A DNA stretch of 64,000 nt from Tubulanus polymorphus. Lineage: Eukaryota; Animalia; Nemertea. The DNA is taken from assembly GCF_964204645.1 (NCBI RefSeq), contig NC_134029.1:16052950-16116949 (forward strand). Reading direction: 5' to 3'. The notes beneath the pieces were generated by a model, which did not search any database, had not been told where the DNA came from, and saw only the letters and a list, made by a program, of their open reading frames with translations. Both the position numbers and the translations under genes were made by a program. Of the stretch, positions 59,181-64,000 are shown in pieces. Numbering within the stretch: position 1 is the first letter of the stretch; each line of letters opens with the position of its first letter.

Positions 59181-59194
59181 TTATATAATTGAAA

Positions 59195-59631
59195 AATAAA
59201 TAATTTATTAATTCTTTTAATAATTTATCTTGTTCTTCAACTGTTATATGGCCATTTAAACTTATTATATAATCTAGTGTATTCTTTAATTTATTAATTT
59301 CTTTTATATTAGTTTTAATTTTTTCTTTATTACTTTTTATATTTAATTTTGAACTTATACCAGTTAAAACACTTGAACTTAATCCTAATACGCCAATTTA
59401 TATAGCTAAAGGTGTTAATGGACTGAATATTGCTAGAAATGTTATTACAGAACTAATTGTAACAGAACCACTTATAATCAAATAATATATAATTTTACTT
59501 TTTAAATATTTTTTCTTTTTAACTTTTAAGTCACTTTCAAATTCTAATATTTGTTTTTCTAAATATGTTTTTAATTTAGTTTTATTTATATCATGAGGAA
59601 TAATATCAACATTATCAACTTTGTCATCCAT
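59195..59631 (-). pseudogene. 144-aa two-TM protein (premature stop at 59398)
   Basis: Homologous to 30591-31025; 3' end approximate. Confidence 0.78.
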
Positions 59632-59651
59632 TTATTTAGCAAAAAAAATTA

Positions 59652-60074
59652 CTAATTAGTAAACTTATATGCTACAAATATAACAATAACTGTTCCACCT
59701 AAAATCCAAATTATTTCATATTTCTGTTGTTCTTTACTTGGGGTAAAATAATCTGATAATTTAGGTTTGTATAGATGTAATTTTTCTTTATTGGTTACTG
59801 CGTTATATAAACTCATTGCATCATCAACTGATTGAATATCTCTATGTGAAATCTTCTGATCATATAGTTCTTTATTGATGTAATCCATATAGTTTTTTCT
59901 CTTTTCTCTATATTCTTCCGCTGCTTTATTGTATTTCTCTAATGCTAAGTTATGTCTTTTTTGTTCTGTTAATGATCCATTTTCATCAATATGTTTAGAT
60001 AAATATCCACCACCAGTAAATGCTAAAGCGTTAACAATTGCCGATCCTATAATAGTTACAACTGCAGAAGCCAT
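59652..60074 (-). CDS. 140-aa hydrophobic protein (C)
   Basis: Homologous to 31045. Confidence 0.78.
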   Translation of the reverse strand: MASAVVTIIGSAIVNALAFTGGGYLSKHIDENGSLTEQKRHNLALEKYNKAAEEYREKRKNYMDYINKELYDQKISHRDIQSVDDAMSLYNAVTNKEKLHLYKPKLSDYFTPSKEQQKYEIIWILGGTVIVIFVAYKFTN

Positions 60075-60098
60075 TTATTTGGTAAAATAATTACGCAT

Positions 60099-60320
60099 TT
60101 ATATGGGAGGAATATATTTTTGTTTTTCTAAATAATCAATAGTTAAATTAGATAAAGTAACTGTTAATGTTAATTTTAAAATATCATTTGTATCAAATCT
60201 ATCAACATTAACACTTCCCATTTTAAATACTTTTTTTAATACCATTGAATAACCAACAGTTCCAACTGATAGTAATGCTCCATTATATAATCCAGTTATT
60301 ATCCACTTATTATCACTCAT
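60099..60320 (-). CDS. 73-aa hydrophobic protein (C)
   Basis: Homologous to 31493. Confidence 0.76.
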   Translation of the reverse strand: MSDNKWIITGLYNGALLSVGTVGYSMVLKKVFKMGSVNVDRFDTNDILKLTLTVTLSNLTIDYLEKQKYIPPI

Positions 60321-60662
60321 TTATTTATCAAAAAAATTACTATCTTCAAAATATTTAGTTATCTTAGTAAAGATTAATTCAACATTTATTTCATTACTAC
60401 TTTTATGATTATCATATATTTTGGTTAATATGTTTTTAATATCATCAATAATTCCATCTCCATTTAATTCATAATATTCTAAAGGTGATTTAATTAAATC
60501 AATTACTTTTTCTATATTATAATTTTCTTTATTAAACATTGTTGCATTGTTAAATGATTTACTTTTTATATCAGTAATTACATCATTTAGTTTAATTCTC
60601 ATTTCTTTACCATGTTTAAAATCAAACCCAAAACATATACTCGGTCCAACAGTTATATTCAT
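60321..60662 (-). CDS. MNITVGPS-family protein (B-type allele)
   Basis: Homologous to 31715. Confidence 0.75.
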   Translation of the reverse strand: MNITVGPSICFGFDFKHGKEMRIKLNDVITDIKSKSFNNATMFNKENYNIEKVIDLIKSPLEYYELNGDGIIDDIKNILTKIYDNHKSSNEINVELIFTKITKYFEDSNFFDK

Positions 60663-60678
60663 TTATATAGTGAAAAAA

Positions 60679-61440
60679 TTACTCTTTACATCTTATAACT
60701 AATTCATAAATTACAGGAAAGTTATTCAAATCAATTAAATATCCATTGTGATTTCTAATTTCTAATCTAAAATTATTAAAACGAGGAATGCATGGTTTGA
60801 AATCACACTCTGTTAAATTATAATTTATTTGCGTTCCAAATTCTTTAACATTCTTCAATGGTAAAATGTTTAGTAAACCAGAATTACAAGTTATATCTTT
60901 AGTTGCTTCGAATGTTTTTGTAGGATCGATTAAATTGCAATAAATATAGAAATGTGTGTAAGGTATTAAGTTTGGTGTAGTAGCGTCAATATTTGTAAAA
61001 GATCTATCTGGAAGAATTCCTAACAGTTTAGCTATAGGTTTTTTTACCATAAATTTATGTTTTTCACTATTAGACAACCTTATCTTTATTCTATCAGAAC
61101 TCTCACTTTTTAAAAATTTAATACTAAACCCAGAACTACTACCTAATTTGTGCCAGGCTTTTCTATTAATTTCTTGTGCTAATGTATCTAAATTATATAA
61201 CCCCGGTTTTAAATATATATAGGCCCATTCATTTTTATTTTTATTAAACATTAAAAAGGCTCTATGTTCAATAGTTTTATCCGTTATATTATAAAAAGAA
61301 TTACATAAACTTATATTAACTAATTTTAAATCTACACAATTCTTGAATTCTCTATCTAATTGAACTAGTAAATTATGAGATTTATAATTAGTAAGTTTTC
61401 TTGAATCAACAAACATTCTGTATTCTTTTAATTCTACCAT
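60679..61440 (-). CDS. Minor capsid protein (C)
   Basis: Near-identical to 32073-32834. Confidence 0.78.
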   Translation of the reverse strand: MVELKEYRMFVDSRKLTNYKSHNLLVQLDREFKNCVDLKLVNISLCNSFYNITDKTIEHRAFLMFNKNKNEWAYIYLKPGLYNLDTLAQEINRKAWHKLGSSSGFSIKFLKSESSDRIKIRLSNSEKHKFMVKKPIAKLLGILPDRSFTNIDATTPNLIPYTHFYIYCNLIDPTKTFEATKDITCNSGLLNILPLKNVKEFGTQINYNLTECDFKPCIPRFNNFRLEIRNHNGYLIDLNNFPVIYELVIRCKE

Positions 61441-61560
61441 TTATTTTACATATTTTCTTATTCGAAATCTATTTCATGGTGCCCTTTTTCATTCTTACCT
61501 TTGTATACGAAATAGAAATCCCCAGAACATAATTCTTCTAAATCTTCACTTGATAATCTA

Positions 61561-64000
61561 TATTCTTTTCTACTTCACTTTTGGTTATTCCTTTTAACTT
61601 TTTAGCTTCATGTTCTTTAGTTTTATATGAATACATTTTAGATCTAATACCTATGAACTCTATCATTTCTTCACCACCTAATTCATCTTTGAATTTACCG
61701 GGACTTTTTTATCATCATTGCTAAACAATTCATGATTTTTAAGATAATTACTGAAATCAAAATGATGTTTCAATGTTTTTAAATCATCAGTTATGTTATC
61801 AGTTTTTATCTTTAATATGTAACTGTCAGTATCAAAATATAATATTTCTATATGTTTTTCTCCAAAAAGTGGTTGTAATACATTATAATAGAATTCATAC
61901 ATTAGTAATTTTGATAATTCTAAAACTGAAGCGCCAACATAGATTGGTTTATTAAATTTCATTGATGTTCTTCTCATCTTAACTGCGGCTAAATTTTCAT
62001 CAAATATTCTGTTACCAATGAACTTAGGATATGATTGTAAATGCCTTATCCTTTTACCATTACTAACTAACTCAATATCATTTCTATTTCTAATATTTTC
62101 ACAAGTCTTACCATAGAATGCATTGTTCATTAACTTGAAGAAATCTTTCTCGAAATCAGTTTTAGCTTCAGTTCCCTGTTTGGTGTTAAAATCTATATAT
62201 TTTTCTAAATTCACTTAGATTGACTGAATGAAATATATCTATGTACTTTTTTTAGAACCATTCCTTGTTTTAGATAAAACTTTAACATTCTATAATGTAC
62301 TACATAATTATATTTATCTTCTTGAGTTACCATTAACTTTTCAGTATGAATATGATTTTCGGGTTTAATTCTTTTTTGGTAATTTGATAATTCTTCATGA
62401 GTTACGGTTTTATGTCCGGGACAGTAAGCTAGATTTCTAGATTTAAATTTTTTATCTTCAGGATATTCTAAGTCTACAACAAAAAAGTAACCAGTCTCTG
62501 AATCATCTGCAATATCTAGAATTCTTTTCTTCCAATCAAATTTATCATTATTTTCATTCTGTAAAACTTCAGTTAATTCAAATACTCCTTAAGGTTGTGG
62601 TTCCATCATTGCCCAACCATACAAATTATTTGCATCTATATATAATAACTTATATCCGGGGTTATCATTTACATTGAAATATCTATCACCTAATACACCT
62701 GAAACTCCTCCTCTTATAGATTTTTCAAATAATAGTAATTGATCTATATTTGTTAACAAATCCATTTTTATATCTGTAAATTTTAATCCACAATCCCATG
62801 TTAAACCTGGTGATGAATAACAATGACAAGGATCAATGTTAAAATATTTTAGGTTTACATCTCTAAACCTTTCGAATATATCGGTTAATAATAATACATC
62901 TGATTTTAAATATATATCTACTAATTGCCCATGATTTTCTATTTTGAAATGATTCCAAATATTCAATGTTCTATTATATACTTCATCTTTAACATATTCA
63001 TTTTTTAATTCATCATAAAATTGTTCTGTTAATAATTCAGTTATGTTAAAATCATTATGATTTTTATAGAAAGAATATGGAATTGCTCCTTTATATCTCA
63101 TTAATTGGAAATCATCATTATTTGGGTAGTGTTGTTTTAATATTTTCAATTCATCATCAACTAATGATTTTGGTAAGTTATCTAATGAACTATTTAAAAA
63201 TCTATATGAATCTATAAATCTTAAACACCTAAATTGGAATGATATATAATTCTCAGATGTTTTAGCTAACATTCTAAATTTATAAGTTGGTATTTTATCT
63301 TTTGATCTATTTGAATTTAATATTTCTATTTCATTATTAATTTCTTCTATTTTATGACATAACTGTTTGATGAATAAATGTGCATCATATCCTGATAGAT
63401 TATGAAATATAACTGGTACAAAATTAATTTTCTTAGCTTGTAAGTTACAATTCTCATGTGCAGCGCCTCTAAACTTTCCGTTCAAATGATCATGGTCTCT
63501 TACTTTTTTATCTTTATAATTAAATATCTTTTCACAATAATAACATTTATCTGCAAACGCAAATTCTTCTTTATCTTCTTCTGTCATTATAATATCTATA
63601 TTTGTATTCAATAATTTACTAAATCTTATTTCATATTCAATTAATAAGTCACAAAAATGATTGATAACATTTTCATTTCTATAATCATAATATTCACTTT
63701 CAATTAGTTCTGGATAATCAGATTTAATATATAACCCGAAAGCTGCAGCTGATTGATGAATCTTTTTAATAGTATTTGTTTTTGGTGGTTCTTCAGAATA
63801 ATCATTTTCATTAGAATTTAATTTCTTTCTCTTATAATATATTTCTTTTCTATCTTGATCAGTTAGTTCTTTATTTAATGATTCAAAATCTCCATATATA
63901 ACAAATGGTACTTTATTTTTGTAATCATATTAGGAAATTCTAATATTTTATCCTTTTCATTTGGTAAAACTAATTTACAATAATCATGATTTTCACATAA
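61561..64000 (-). pseudogene. pPolB: pPolB of C (stop at 62589, frameshifts, 3' deletion fusing it to the downstream small gene)
   Basis: FHNLSGYD, YIDANNLY, KLMNNAFYGK, YFDTDS. Confidence 0.93.

Larger units (their letters stand above)
48033..64000 (-). mobile_element. Polinton/Maverick element C (degenerate, continues past the window end)
   Basis: Starts AGTAATAGGGATAATAGG inside the pPolB of D; same gene order as B. Predicted TSD CTTTGT (48027-48032). Confidence 0.93.

Overview
AT-rich animal (probably bilaterian invertebrate) repeat-dense locus with no host genes. 1-3157: 31-bp satellite interrupted by a duplicated host repeat. 3158-42010: decayed BEL/Pao LTR retrotransposon whose pol gene is split by Polinton/Maverick (adintovirus-like) element A (5388-40111, imperfect 6-bp TSD). 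A near-intact second Polinton, B (19705-37609, 17.9 kb, ~477-bp TIRs, perfect TSD TATCTT), is nested in A. A rearranged, partly divergent Polinton relic D (42011-48032) follows. Its protein-primed DNA polymerase carries a truncated LAGLIDADG intein at the YFD|TDS active-site motif and is interrupted by a fourth Polinton, C (48033 to beyond 64000). Main observations: the intein in an endogenous animal Polinton next to intein-free alleles; 190-403 bp covarying fold-back hairpins at the termini; a TAAATG start context on 14 of 16 genes of B; a conserved, apparently spliced non-coding unit; module-level mosaicism between copies. All family assignments come from motif recognition by eye, not database searches.
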